A stretch of DNA of 64,000 nucleotides from Octopus sinensis (Eukaryota). Below are positions 1 through 13,171 of this stretch, piece after piece (positions within the stretch are counted from its first letter, which is position 1; the number at the start of each line of letters is the position of its first letter). The notes under the pieces were generated by a model, which was not told where the DNA came from, searched no databases, and saw only the letters and a program-made list of their open reading frames with translations. Location: NCBI RefSeq assembly GCF_006345805.1, contig NC_042997.1, forward strand, positions 198,400,001-198,464,000, read 5' to 3'. The translations under genes were made by a program, and so were the position numbers.

Positions 1-503
1 TCCACTCTGTCTAACAAAGTTGAGTACTTTATTCGCTTTGTTGTAATATAAGCCGGTGTGAACCAACAATTACCTATCTACGATCATATATATGCGTACA
101 TACGACCATATGTGCGTACATGCATATATCTGCGTATGCATGTTTGCTTCTTCGTGCGTATTTATGAGAGTATAATGCATGTACAACTCACCGATGAATA
201 TTTGCCAAGAGTACAGAAGTAGTGGACGTATGGATCAATACGCTAATGACCAACGTAATTGAATGATGGCGCATGCAACGTATAACATTATGTATCACAT
301 TACAAGCTTTCATTGTGACTTAGTAGAATTCGATTTACAGTTGGAAGCATCATCTCGCATCGCTAATATTATGCGGAAAAGTATAAACTTTACAGCCTCT
401 TATTTTTAGGAACCGTTGCATGTATCGGGTGCAGCAAATACATTTATCTCTTATTTAAAATAATAACTTATCCATTATTCAAACATGAATTGAAAACACC
501 TTA

Positions 504-928
504 GGATCTTTTCGGTTTGAACGGCAGTTTTTAACATAATTTGTAGGTAACTAAAAAATTTTAAACTTCGTATACTGGTAGAATGTGTTTATAAAACATC
601 TTTTTCTCTTGGTTTTATTGAGAAAATTCTATAGTTTGTAAGATATTTGTTTTTTTTTTTTCTTCAATTTCTGCAATTTCAACCAATCAATGACGTCCAT
701 TGAGGTAAAAAAAAACATTCTATGCTATATAAATATATCCCTCGTTTAGGAAACAGATTGGGTTTATTTACATTTGTGAAGAAAAAAAGATACCCTTACC
801 ACCACCCCTAACCCTAACTAACCCTAAAACAGATTGAAATGCAATAGATCGATACTAGCTTCATAATTATGGGTGACAATTTTATATGACACCGCTAGCA
901 AAAACTGCCGTTCAAACCGAAAAGATCC
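504..928 (+). mobile_element. Non-autonomous hAT-like MITE, copy 1
   Basis: About 28-bp TIRs GGATCTTTTCGGTTTGAACGGCAGTTTT at 504 and its reverse complement ending at 928. Near-TSD of 8 bp (ACACCTTA/CAACCTTA). An inverted second copy lies at 16163-16579. Confidence 0.85.
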
Positions 929-1171
929 CAACCTTATTAGCAAAAAATGGTTGCAAGTGTTGTAGAAACCTTCCTAATATTCTTTTGCTTTATTGTTTAT
1001 CCTTGATTAGTAACACGCCGGCAGGAAAATAACATCACTCGGTGAGACAAGCTGACACTGAATTAGCTTCGCTGATTGACAGGCGACGGTCTCGTTTAGA
1101 GAATGCGTGGGCTAAGACTACGCGCCTTCATTGGTTAGTTAAAGTTGAAACAGTGTCACGTGACAATTTGC

Positions 1172-1497
1172 TGGGGCTGCCTGCTGGAGCGTAGCAGCAG
1201 GTATTTAAAGGGAAAGTTGACAAGACAGTCAGTCGCCCGCTGTCACTTGTTGACGCTACATCGAAGAGGCCAAGGAACAGAAGAAAGAAGACATGCACCC
1301 AACACCAGAGCTGAAGACACCTCCGAAAGAGTGGGGCTGCCTGCTGGAGCGTAGCAGCAGGTATTTAAAGGGAAAGTTGACAAGACAGTCAGTCGCCCGC
1401 TGTCACTTGTTGACGCTACATCGAAGAGGCCAAGGAACAGAAGAAAGAAGACATGCACCCAACACCAGAGCTGAAGACACCTCCGAAAGAGTGGGGC
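1172..1497. repeat. Exact 160-bp tandem duplication inside a GC-richer repeat-like segment
   Basis: The unit starts TGGGGCTGCCTGCTGGAG at 1172 and 1332; a third TGGGGC start is at 1492. Confidence 0.9.
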
Positions 1498-1767
1498 GCC
1501 ACGTTAAAACGGTAGAGGAGTAGGGGCCGAAACCGGAGGTGGTTCCTCCTGATGATGTCTTGAGCTAACTGGATCTTATAAAGGAGCTGTTGTGGTAGCA
1601 GACCACAAAACACGGTTGAAATTCCAGCAACACAAACAGAACATGAATAAATTGTAGCATTGAAATGACTGGTATTGTAAAGGGAAGATGGCTGACATGA
1701 AGAATTGAGAGCTATAGTGAAAGCAAAGGGTGGCCATGATGAATTGTTAATATATATGTAAAACAAT

Positions 1768-1937
1768 GGTTTCAAATTTTGTCACTAGGTCGGCAATTTC
1801 GGGAGGGGATAAGTTTTAGCATCAACCCCAGTATTCAACTGGTACTTATTTTATCGACTTCGGTATAATTTTAACTCAGAACGCAAAGACGGACTAAATG
1901 CCGCTAAATATTTTGTCCGGCGTGTTAACGATTCTGC
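1768..1937 (-). mobile_element. Degenerate tRNA-derived SINE, family C
   Basis: Diverged match to the family C head and body (CCCCAGT...ACTGGTACTTATTTTATCGAC, AACTCAGAACG). Confidence 0.6.
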
Positions 1938-2104
1938 GTTAAATACATGTAAATTATTGTCACTAGGTAAAACAGTCAACCTGTTAACTTTCATTACGTA
2001 AACCTAAACATTTTATTTTAAAATGAATAATGGGGGAATATGCCAAACTTATTACATGACTACGTAACAATATAACACACGTGATGACATAAACGTTCAA
2101 TAAT

Positions 2105-2311
2105 TACTCTTTACTCTCTCTTACTTGTTTCAGTCATTTGACTGCGGCCATGCTGGAGCACCGCCTTTAGTCGAGCAAATCGACCCCAGGACCTATTCTT
2201 TGTAAGCCTAGTATTTATTCTATCAGTCTCTTTTGCCGAACGGCTAAGTTACGGGGACGTAAACACACCACCATCGGTTGTCAGGCGATGTTGGGGGACA
2301 GAGACACACAA

Positions 2312-2407
<96 letters not shown>

Positions 2408-2564
2408 GACAAGCTTCTTTCAGTTTCTGTCTACCAAATCTATTCACAAGGCTTTGGTCGACCCGAGGCCATAGTAGAAGACACTTGCCCAAGGTGCCAC
2501 GCAGTGGGCCTGAACCCTGAACCATGTGGTTGGTAAGCAAGCTACTTACCACACAGTCACTCCT
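2105..2564 (-). mobile_element. tRNA-derived SINE family A with internal (TA)n(TG)n microsatellite
   Basis: Head AGGAGTGGCTGTGTGGTAAG with A/B-box-like motifs (GGTTCAGTCCC) and tail GACTGAAACAAGTAAAAGAG(n). More than 20 copies or fragments occur in the window. Confidence 0.9.
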
Positions 2565-2754
2565 TGGACATTTATGTATTTAAAGTTCGACGTTTCATTA
2601 TTTCTTCACGCCGTACAAAAGTGAGAAATTTTTCTTTGGTTGCAGCGATTTGGTTAAAATAATTGCCAGCAATATTGTGGACTCGCTTCAGCGGCCAAAC
2701 ACAAACCCGAAAAATGAATCAATTCTGTTTCTAGCTCGTATATATTATTTATGT

Positions 2755-2960
2755 GAAGGTGTGTGGCCTAGTGGTTAGGTGTGCTGCTCTCCCAATCTTC
2801 AGGATTTGGTTTCGATTCCCAACCCGTGTGTTACGTTCTTGAGTAAAACACTATATTTCACGTTGCTCCAGTTCTCTGAGGTGTAAATGGAGAACCTGCG
2901 ATGGACTAGCCCAGCGGGGAGGGGTCATCGTTCGAAAGCTAAAAACGGTGCAAAGTGCAT
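2755..2960 (+). mobile_element. Degenerate tRNA-derived SINE, head B with tail T2
   Basis: GTGGCCTAGTGGTTAGG...TTCGATTCCC head, CTTGAGTAAAACACT..TTTCACGTTGCTCCAG body, then CTGCGATGGACT. Confidence 0.7.
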
Positions 2961-3518
2961 TGTTACAAGTAATGTATAACAATACCCGATAGTCTTATCG
3001 ATCCCGTGATGTCACGTGATGTAATATTGATACTCAACTGTTATCATACTTTGTTGTTTACTCCTCAGTCAACTCTGATGACAGTTTACCTCTCATTAAA
3101 TACATTCCATCCACGACCACCTCGTCTGTTTACTTCGGCAGAGTATAATTAGGTTTTAGCCTTCTCGCATAGCGAAGTGGTGTCATCCGAAAGCTGAAAC
3201 AATGCGAAGTACATCGTGACCACCGATGAAACATCCGATTCTCTGATCGATACCTTGATAAGTAGGTCCCGAGTTATTCAATGTTTATTTTTTTAGTTAT
3301 TTTTAGGGCTCGTATTGAAGGAGATGTAGCTGCTTTGTAAAGTAGGACAAACTATCCAGTAAACCTAACGCAGCTGAGCCTTGGCAGAGATGCTATCAAA
3401 TTATAAAAGGATGCGCCCGCCCCCAAAAAATCTACGAAATTTTATATTTATATTTTTGTAAATATGTGAGATTTTCTTGCCGCAACTTACACTAACAGAG
3501 ACTCACCTCAGGTATATA

Positions 3519-4082
3519 TTGGGTTGTCCGGAAAGTTCGTACCGATTTTTAAAAGAAAGAAAAAGATCAATAAATACGTGCCCAAAACTTAAATCAACCT
3601 AATATGAACCATTTTGTTGCACAATGCGTCTCCATCTTTCCTTTAACTTGAAAATAACCTCTTCCCAGAACTGAGGTGGTTTCATGGCAAAGAATTCATC
3701 AAGGTATCTTTTTACGCCATCCAAGGAATTGAAATTTTTACCATTAAGACTATTCTGCAGAGACCTGAATAAGTGGAAATCCGACGGAGCAATATCTGGT
3801 GAATATGGAGGGTGGGGTAACACATCCGAGCTGAGCTGCAGCAATTTTTGTCTGGTTCCCAAAGCATCAAGTGCCGAAAATGAACTTTCTTATCTTCCAT
3901 TTTAAAGGGTTACAGAATTAACACAGGTTATAGGAACATAAACCTTCTTCCACGAAAAGATAGCTTAATCCGTGCCCTAAATGGAAGTGTAGTCAAATCC
4001 TATTTTACGGACTCAACCATGTTCTAAAATAGGTCGAAAGGTAAGCTACTATAAATCAGCACGAACTTTCCGGACAACCCAA
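3519..4082 (-). mobile_element. Internally deleted mariner transposon
   Basis: TIRs TTGGGTTGTCCGGAAAGTTCGT at 3519 and reverse complement ending at 4082, with TA on both flanks. The minus strand encodes N-terminal MEDKKVHFRHLMLWE joined to C-terminal HPPYSPDIAPSDFHLFRSLQNSL...RWRRIVQQNGSY (mariner YSPDLAPSD motif). Confidence 0.95.
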
Positions 4083-4519
4083 TATTTATAAATTACTATG
4101 ATGTTCATTTGAAATAGCAAATTTATATTGATTTATAAGAGATGCAGTATTTTGAGAAGGAAATTATGGTTGATTTTGAAGAGAATAGTGAAGTCAATTT
4201 CATTAATGAACAGTGAATGACTTCCTTATAGATATTTTATCGATCCCAAAAGAACGAATGGAAAAGTTGACTCGCACGTGATTTAAATTGAAGGATCTAA
4301 AAAGAAGTTACTGTCAAATTGCCACCGTTTTCTTTTATAGCAAAACGGTATTCTCGTATAACTGAACCAATAATAATTGATTCTATACACAGTCGATTGA
4401 GTTGCCAGGGATAACACTCAAGTCTTCAGATTCTTAAGTAATGTCTTTAAAATAGTGAAGGCCGTACTGGGCTTTGTATTGCTAATTGCCATAAGTCTAC
4501 CTAACAGAAATACGAGATT

Positions 4520-4893
4520 AAGGCGGCCAGCTGGCAGAATCGTTAGCACGCCAGTTCAAATTCCACCGAGATCGACTTTGCCTTTCATCCTTTCGGGGTC
4601 AATTAAATAAGTACCAGTTACGCACTGGGGTCGATGTAATCGACTTAATCCGTTTGACTGTCCTTGTTTGTCCTCTCTGTGCTTAGCCCCTTGTGGGTTG
4701 TAAAGAAATAGGTATTTCGTCTGCCGCTCCGTTCTGAGTTCAAATTCCGCTGAGGTCGACTTTGCCTTTCATCCTTTCGGGGTCGATTAAATAAGAACCA
4801 GTTACGTACTGGGGTCGATGTAATCGACTTAATTCCATTGTCTGTCCTTGTTTGTACCCCTCTATATTTAGCCCATTGTGGGCAATAAAGAAA
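4520..4893 (+). mobile_element. SINE family C, dimeric
   Basis: Head AAGGCGGCCAGCTGGCAGAATCGTTAGCACG followed by two body units; the second starts at 4712. Confidence 0.9.
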
Positions 4894-5249
4894 GACGAGA
4901 TTGTTAGGATGGATTTTCCTTGATAATTTATCCTCTCAATGAAGTTTGATCAGTGTCTAACGAACAACAAGGTTACTAAGATTAACAGTTTATTTTTCAA
5001 ATTAAACATTGGATACAGAACTATTCAGAGTTTAGAAACACAGCCAACACACACTCACTTTCTTAAACACCAAATACAAACCACTTTAGGCTATTGTTGT
5101 TATTATCCTATAGGGCTGATGAGGTTGATATATTATCAAAAATGGTCCCTCGAGTATCATTTCATCTTGTGATCTGTTTTTACATTTTATATTTTGTTTC
5201 TTCGAGACTATAAAGATAAGTTAGCTGCTATGTGTGGCAGTCGAGTAAG

Positions 5250-7000
5250 TGCATACACTCCATCTTTGTTATGCTACTTTCATAGTTGAATGCATATAAT
5301 TATTTTGCCGTTTAATCAGGCGAATTATTTTTAGAAGAAAATAAGTCGATAGCGCAAAGATTTTTATATTCATACAAAAACGATATGCGTTTTTAAAAAC
5401 GCACAGACTGCCTGCAAAAGTATGTGTGTGTGTGTATGTGTGTAAATGATATGGTGAATTTTATAAATTGTAGAAACTGCATCGTGGAAAAGAAATATAA
5501 ATATTGTGTTCGACATTTTCAGTAAAGGGAGAAAGCTATTAAAATAGGTCAAAAGGTCATAAATCAGTTATTTTTACCTTTTAATGGGCAGATCTTCTAC
5601 TTGTCTGTTTTCGTTTGCAATAAAATATTCATTACGGTTCCGATACGATGACAAGAAGCCATTTTCTTCTATTAGACAGTCACAAAACTGAAACGTTAAC
5701 CCCCCCCCCCATATATATATATATGTATGTATTATGTATATATATGTATTATGTATATATATGTATGTATTATGTATATATATGTATGTATTATGTATGT
5801 ATGTGTATGTAAGTATATATATAAGTATATGTATAATATATTTTTGTGGGTGCGTATTAAGGTTTCTGTTTTGTGACTAATTAGACAGTCAGATATATAC
5901 TTATATACATACATATATATTATGCATATATATATGTATATATATATATATATATAGATACATACATATATATTATGCATATACATATATTTATATATAT
6001 GCATTTATATATATATACATATATATATATGTACATTTATATATTATGTATATATGCCTATATGTGTGTGTGATTGTTTGTGACTGTGTATGTATATATA
6101 TATATATATATATATTCATATATTATATATAAATACATATATGTATAAATGTATGTATATGTATACATATATATATATATGTATATATATACACATATAT
6201 ATACATACACAGACATATATGAGTGAGTGTGTATTTTTGTGTTTGTACGTGTGTGTGTATGTATGTATGAGTATGTGTGTGTTTGTGCGTGATGCTAATT
6301 TCTAAGTACTTTCATGAAATAAAATGGGGGCAATCAATACGTAGATAAATATTACTGCTTTGCCATCACTTTAAATTTCATGCTAAATAAACCACTGTTC
6401 GGTTTTTATGTAATTTTGTTGTTTTTTGCCTCTTAAAAGGAGGTTTTATTTAAGTATCGTTTATCCATGGCAGCGTGTCGTCAATTTTTATTTGCGCGTG
6501 CGCTGTAACTGTATAGAAAGATGTCGAGCGTCATTCGTATACGCATGCATACAGCACACAAGAACACACTCTCACACTCATGCACAAACACACACACACG
6601 CACACGCACACACGTACACATGTATTCATGCACTCTAGAAATTCTGTAGAGTGTTACCTCATTTGACTTCCTGCGAAGCCAGCTTTATTTTTATGCCTAT
6701 ATAATACACAAAAAAACATGCATATTACACACACACACATACACGCACACATCCAATACACGCGCTCACTTATGCAGATACATACGCACACAGGAGCATG
6801 TTCAAATAACGTACATTTACTGTTCTCTTCCCATTGTTATTATACATTTATGCAAGTGGACGGCTAATTTGTAGCCTTGTATATGGGGCGTTTGAATAAA
6901 GATATCATTCATAGGTTTTCAGGTAACAAAACCTGACTTTATTGCATAAAATGATGCCGTAGAATATCAATACGCCATTGCAGATGGTAGAATGTAACCG
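5250..7000 (-). pseudogene. Weak TLR-like remnant (TM/juxtamembrane about 6990-6900; TIR-like about 5640-5250) split by microsatellites
   Basis: Minus-strand peptides GYILPSAM..FLCNKVRFCYLKTY, IYDLLTYFNSFLPLLKMSNTIFIFLFHD and KTHIVFV, in TLR order. Confidence 0.35.
5710..6290. repeat. Compound (TA)n/(TATG)n/(TG)n microsatellite
   Basis: Visible simple repeats. Confidence 0.95.
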
Positions 7001-7689
7001 AATGTATTTTCTTTCGATATATTTTGATATTCTTTTGTAGTGTGTGTTATCAGAAATTTGAAGTTGCATGGACTTCTGTAGGTACTACACACAATGGACG
7101 AGGTACACTGTCTCAACTTTAGGGAAGGAGAGATAAATTGTGAGCTTTATTTTGTTATTGTTGCTGCTGCTGTTGTTGTTGTTGTTGTTAAGCCACAAGA
7201 CGGGTAGGTGATGGTCTAGGGCTTAGGGGCAGGAGACCCCAGACCTTGGAAAAAAAAAGACTTTGGTCGTCTTGTTGTAGTCGAGAGCTCTTCGTTGACG
7301 ACCGACACCACTGGGAGGTGGCCCTCGAAGTCGCTGGAAATGGAGATCTCCGGGTCCAAATTCTTGAACGGCTGTTGCTGCTGTTGTCTTCTTCTTCCAA
7401 TCAGGACTCATGCCATTAGCCACAAAGAATAATCTCTAATTCGAGCCTACTCTAAGCTACTAAGAATGCGTGTGGCAACTTGAAGATCCAACCACCACAC
7501 ACGATAGACTGGCGGTTGCACGGGCGCGAAAGCTACGTTGTTATCCTCATTCCGTAAACGGTGGCTTTTTTAACGGGTGGAGAGCTGAACCATCCTGGGG
7601 TACAGAGGATTTGCAATCTAGACTAGGGTCTAAAAGTTTACCACACCATAGTGTGTTACACCATGGTTCCTCTGCTTTGTGGAAGAAGT

Positions 7690-7880
7690 AGGAAGAAAGA
7701 GTGAGAGAAAGTTGTGGTGAAAGAGTACAGCGGGGTTCACCCCACCTCCCCGGTCGGAGCCTCATGGAGCTTGGGAGTTTTTTGCTCAATAAACACTCAT
7801 AATGCCCGGTCTGGGAATCGAAACTGCGTTCTTACGACCGCGAGTCCGCTGCCCTAACTACTGGGCCATTGCACCTCCAC
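7690..7880 (-). mobile_element. tRNA-derived SINE head D, attached to a third tail type (about 7190-7690)
   Basis: GTGGAGGTGCAATGGCCCAG..TTAGGGCAGCGGACTCGCGG...TTCGATTCCCAGACCGGG head; the downstream sequence differs from tails T1 and T2. Confidence 0.75.
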
Positions 7881-8395
7881 TGCTGCAGTTGTTGTTATGT
7901 TTAGTCTAGGTAGGCATTTGTTAAGTAAACCTCCGAATGAATGCGTTTCATACAGGAAAACCATTCAGTCTTAGATTTCATTTTTTAAAGACGGTATGGT
8001 GTTATTTGATTGACATTTCTAGCAGTTTGAGTTACAATTAACACTCGCCTTCACTGATGCGTGAGCTTTTTTTTTTTTCGTTTATTTATTTATATATTTT
8101 GTGAGGTACTGTTTCTGCAATTATAGTGAAACGTTTTTACGTACGAATCAAACCTTGATCATCATCCCTTCTGATCATCACTTTAATTTCTACATTACAG
8201 TTTTTTGTAACCTCCGAAGTGAATAATGAGGATAACAATAAGATTGATATGAGAATTATATTTCAGCGGGATAATTGATAAATTCTATAGTTACTTTCGA
8301 AAGTACATGGACTCGCTGATATGAAATGTTTGCAATCAGTAACCACTGTTGTTATTTAATTCATTTGCTGCATTTATCACTAAATATGATTATCA

Positions 8396-8735
8396 TCTAT
8401 TATATAAAATCCGTTCTGTCTGTCTGTGTGTGTCTTCTAGAATCTAGGGCATCTTCCATCCGATTGCGCTCAAATTTGATATGTCGATACCGACGGTATC
8501 AGGGCGTGTATAAGTCTTGAAAAAATTACAAAAATCGATTCCAAGTGAGAATGCGATCGATAAAGCCGTGGGAACGTGAATTTGTACGTGCAAGTATATC
8601 AGCTGTTGCGATCGATACTACGCGTACGCGAGAAAAAGTCTATCTTTATTTCTTCTTTTGCTGGTGTCTCAAATTTAGGTTAAATCAGTGTTTCTCAAAG
8701 GAGAGGGCTATGGGACGGTCGGACAAGTTGTTTTG
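8396..8735 (+). mobile_element. Helitron-like 5' fragment
   Basis: A|TCTATTATATAAAATCC..CTGTCTGTCTGTG start resembles the 5' ends of the complete elements at 9421-9818 and 61617-62008. No CTAG end was found. Confidence 0.45.
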
Positions 8736-8904
8736 AGAAAATTTGGTCTAAATGTTTGACAACTCAGCACCGTCCATATAATCTATGAACCCTGTTGTCG
8801 CCTACATTCTTCATGATGAGAAGGCACGTGGATACGACGTAGCACTCACGATTACTGTACCAGCGGTGTATAACAATATCCGATAGTCTGGTCAATACAA
8901 TATA

Positions 8905-9302
8905 GGCGCAGGAGTGGCCGTGTGGTAAGTAGCTTGCTTACCAACCACATGTTTTCGGGTTCAGTCCCACTGCGTGGTACCTTGGTGAAGTGTCTTCTAC
9001 TATAGCCTCGGGCCGACCAAAGCCTTGTGAGTGGATTTGGTAGACGGAAACTGAAAGAAGCCCGTCGTGTATGTATATATATGTGTGTGTGTGTGTATGT
9101 ATGTGTGTCTGTTTGTCTCCCCAACATCGTTTGACAACCGATGCGGGTGTGTTTACGTCCTTGTAACTTAGCGGTTCGGCATAAGAGACAGATGGAATAA
9201 GTACTAGGCTTACAAAGATAAGTTCTGGGGTCGATTTGCTCGACTAAAGGTGGTGCTCCAGCATGGTTGCAGTCGACTGAAGCAAGTAAAAGAGTAAAGA
9301 GT
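8905..9302 (+). mobile_element. SINE family A, full length
   Basis: GGCGCAGGAGTGGCCGTGTGG head through the AAAAGAGTAAAGAG tail. Confidence 0.9.
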
Positions 9303-9420
9303 AATACTGTGATTATTCATCCTGGTTCTAGTCTTTCAGAGCCCACCTCACGAGACTCTTTTAGTAGTTCTTTAAAGGCTTTAACTCATGGAGAACCTAA
9401 ATGAAAGATTTTATCACATA

Positions 9421-9818
9421 CTAGCAGTATCGCCCGGCGTTGCTCGGGTTTGTAAGGGAAATAACTATATAAGCATTTTTAGAGAGTTATAGCCAAAAAA
9501 TAGCAAAAAAATGCATTAAAAATGGAAAAAAAATTATGGTAATTTTTTTTTTAAATCGTTGACTCATCGTAGACATTTTTAGAGAGTTACTTCCCTTATA
9601 TAATAGCGAAAAAATGCATTAAAATGGAAAAAAATGATGGTAATTTTTTTTTTAAATCGTAGACTTATCGTAGACGCGCGCTAATACCCAGAAGGGCTCG
9701 ATATGAATCACGATTATAAGATACCCGGTTTTGGTTAAACTGCACCGCAAAATGTGGGAGTAGTTAGGAATCTAAATCGTATGAGACAGACACAGAACTT
9801 CACTTTTATATATAAAGA
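9421..9818 (-). mobile_element. Non-autonomous Helitron
   Basis: The minus strand reads A|TCTTTATATATAAAAG...CCCGAGCAACGCCGGGCGATACTGCTAG|T: TC start, 3' GC hairpin, CTAG end, inserted between A and T, no TSD. Confidence 0.9.
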
Positions 9819-10019
9819 TTTCCAAGGTCCAGGTTAACGACTACATGTTTGTATAAGGTTTGTTCAATGTCCGGTTAAGAATTGGTCGGACGATACTCGT
9901 ATATTTTTCGGAAATAATGTGTCGAGGAACAGATAGGGTTGGGGTTTTTCTGGTAATTTAAATTGGTACTTTTGATATTGGTCACCTGGATCATTGTGGT
10001 TGACTATATAAGCTTATAC

Positions 10020-10340
10020 CTGGCTCTTCGTCGGTTATGACAACGAGGGGTCCATTTGATCCGATTTATGGAACAGCCTGCCCGGAAAATTAACGCGCAA
10101 GTGGCTGAGCACTCCACGGACCCTCGTACCCTTAACGTAGTTCTCGGGGAGAATCAGGGTGACAACGAGTGTGAAAAGAGTGGCTCTTTGAATTACCAGT
10201 ACTACTCATTTTTAGCAGGAGTGTGAACTGGAGCAACGTGAAATATAATGTCTTGCTTAAAGAAGCACCGCGCTGCCTGGAATCGAACTCACGATTTCAC
10301 GATCGCGAGCCGAATATTGTAACAAATAAGCTACGTACTT
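10020..10340 (-). mobile_element. Degenerate SINE, head B with tail T1
   Basis: Matches the reverse complement of 56018-56340. Confidence 0.75.
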
Positions 10341-10914
10341 CTTAATTTATATATAAGCTTATATTTTCTTAATTATTTTCCTCAATATTTTGACGCATTT
10401 GAATCGGGCATTTTAGGTAATATGTTCAAACGTTTTGATGTAGCGAGAATGTTACATCATGAACATTTGGCTCTCATCATAGCAAAATTAATAGAGAACC
10501 GCCTCGGGACACCTACAGTTCCTCATATAGACAAAACAAATTATAAAGTTGGCAAGTTCAATATTTATCGCATAAGACACGAAATTATTGCTACATATAC
10601 AAAGACAGGGTGTTTGCTTTATATAGGATTATATATAGTTTCTTCGTGTCACGAGGCAATAATTAATATCTTGTCTGCTACTCAATCGAGTTTACATGTC
10701 TTCCGTTACGGAGAGGAAATTAAAAATCTTGTGTACTAATATCAACCTGAAACGCTAGCCCATATATACACACATACATACATACACATATACATACACA
10801 CACACATACATACATACATACACACATACACATACATACATACATACATACATACATACATACATACACATACATACATACATACATACATACATACATA
10901 CATACATACATAGG

Positions 10915-11570
10915 CTTCTCAAACCAGAAAGGAGAAAGCCGATTCGAAGATCCAAGCTCTTACTGGAACTGTGAAAATTTGTCAAACTTTCCAGAAGTTT
11001 ATCATTTAATTATATATGAGCATGGCTAGACATTCAACTATATGCATAAAAATACATACAGAAATCGAAACATACAAATCTGCACATATACATACATACA
11101 AACAAAAATATCCTGAGGATGTTGTTGAAATTCCAATGACTGAGCCTTGAACGTAGGTTAGAAATCAGATCTTTCTCCTTGGCAAGAAATCTTGAAATAA
11201 AACTGAATAATGACATATATATATATATACATATATACATACATACAGTTTCTATATCCTGATTAGAGATTTACATTTATACCAATAATAATTATTGCAG
11301 TTGGATTTGTAAGTAAATGCTTAAGTGACAGTTCGGATAAGCTTGTAGTTTCAGAAAAAAGAAACCGACCTATTAACTTAGACGTTACTAATACAATTTG
11401 TAAAGGATATCAGCAAAAATATACTAATTTAAAATGTGACATTTTGTTTGTGTTATCTACGTTTCAACGTTGGAGCTTTGTATCGTTGTTACAAACCATC
11501 TTCTTATCCAGAGAACAGAGTTTAAATAATTAAAAGCAGAACATGCATACATACATATACACACAAACGC

Positions 11571-11626
<56 letters not shown>

Positions 11627-13080
11627 ACACACACACACATAGACACACACACAAATATGTCTATCGATGGAACCTTGTACAGTAATACATCAACCCAAAT
11701 ACGATGCAATGGTCTGTGTTTTTTTATTATTAGGAATTGCATGACGCAGGAGAAGTTTTATAACTGAAGTCTTCTCAGGTTCAATGTGGGAAAATTATTC
11801 CACACCGAAGTACGAACGGGTCCTTTATGAAATATTATTTACCCAAGATCGGAACAGGCAGCATGCGAATAGAAGGATTGATATGACTGATAAAGCAAGG
11901 GCTGAGCTTCTGGCGGAACGGAGGGAAAGAGACAGAAGCCGGAGTGATCAGGAATCGGACTCCCGGAGAGCTGAGCGTCTGGCGAAACAGAAGGAAAAGA
12001 GACAAAAGCAGGTGACGTCATGCATCTGAAGCTTATGTGAATACAAACGGAATAAAACTAGTTTTGCGTAAATCGGACCACGAGGTACTGAGATACGCGT
12101 CTTTTTTTGGGGGGGGGGGTTTCGGGTACTTTTATCAATAGCCAAACCGGCGTATAATGGGGGAAATGCTTTAAAAGTAAGGACACCATTGAAACGTGAA
12201 TACACACGGAATAACAGAAGTTTCGTGTAAATCGGAACACGGATTCCTGAGATACACAGTTATTTTGGGCACCTTGAACTATCGGTGTCCCAACGGGTCA
12301 CGGGTAGTCAAGTATTATATGATATTACGTGTGTGTGTGTGTGTGTGTGTGTACAACAATTCGAACAACTCGTTGTGCATCCTTACTTAAAAATCTACCA
12401 AGTAAACTGTGCTAGTGAAGTTTGAAAATTGTATGTATGATGTATCATTCAATAGAGCAGAGAACATACACAAATATACAACAATACTCTGGTATCTCGT
12501 AATTTCAAAGAAGCCATTAAATATAATAGATGACCACAACCGACGAGAGAGAAGCGTAGAGAACGACAATGCAATATAATGTTCCAAATTCGGTACATAT
12601 AACCATTCTCATAAAAGAAACATTTCTTGAGCTTGTGAGAAAATATTATTCTTGACATTCGTACGGGAAAAGATTTAACACCAAATCGTTTAAAAAGAAA
12701 AGTTACTCTACACCTCTGAACAGCAGCGTCATTATAAAATCCATAAATAATTTAAATAAAACAGTAAAACTCGGAAATGCAAGTACCATTCTCTACCTGT
12801 ATGTCCAGTAAACGGAAACTGACAGAATGAATCTGTTACATATGCGGCCACTATCACCTCTCATGTTAACACAAATGGCTTTCATTATATAGATATAACA
12901 GCAAGGAAAATTTAGGAGCTGACACCATCTATATAATTATATATATTTAGAACATTTCAAAGAAGAATTGATACGAAACTTACATTATATGTACGGTTGG
13001 TGAAAGATATGCTTCTAAGTTAAAAGTTTTAATAGAGTGCTTCATAGAGGGTTGGCCAAACGTCACCCGACAGTAAATCA
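10915..13080 (-). pseudogene. Decayed Toll-like receptor (LRRCT-TM-TIR), split by a Helitron-like insertion and microsatellites
   Basis: LRRCT-like LYLYNESHLC..W...NGTC (about 12870-12770); TM GTLYCIVVLYASLSSVVVIYYI*WLL*NY (about 12586-12500); TIR pieces RRWFVTTIQSSNVET..KCHI..YIFADI and SELSLKHLLTNPTAIIII (about 11530-11280); terminal PFWFEK (about 10915-10935). Multiple stops and frameshifts. Confidence 0.6.
11650..12312 (+). mobile_element. Probable Helitron-derived element
   Basis: Encodes MTDKARAELLAERRERDRSRSDQESDSRRAERLAKQKEK, an R/E-rich repeat like Helitron N-termini. It has an internal duplication (GAATACA.ACGGAATAA...CGTAAATCGGA at about 12037 and 12198) and a degenerate 3' hairpin CCCAACGGGTCACGGG. 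Confidence 0.45.
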
Positions 13081-13171
13081 AAATTCTTTAAATACTATCT
13101 GTAATTCTGTATTGACTCGAATGGGAAAATGTGTCGCTTAAGAAGGACTTCTGTTTGAACTATTTTCATGA

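Noticed and set aside
2244-2552. Recurrent ORFs ending RQASFSFRLPNPLTRLWSARGYSRRHLPKVPRSGTEP
   Set aside because: They are antisense read-through of SINE family A and recur only because the SINE recurs.
5668-5892. Short inverted repeats (GTCACAAAAC/GTTTTGTGAC) and a 12-bp direct repeat around a microsatellite
   Set aside because: TIR and TSD boundaries are ambiguous and it is a single copy, so it cannot be called a MITE.
10422-10739. 105-aa plus-strand ORF in unique sequence
   Set aside because: No recognisable domain, splice signals or paralog; its length is within chance expectation.
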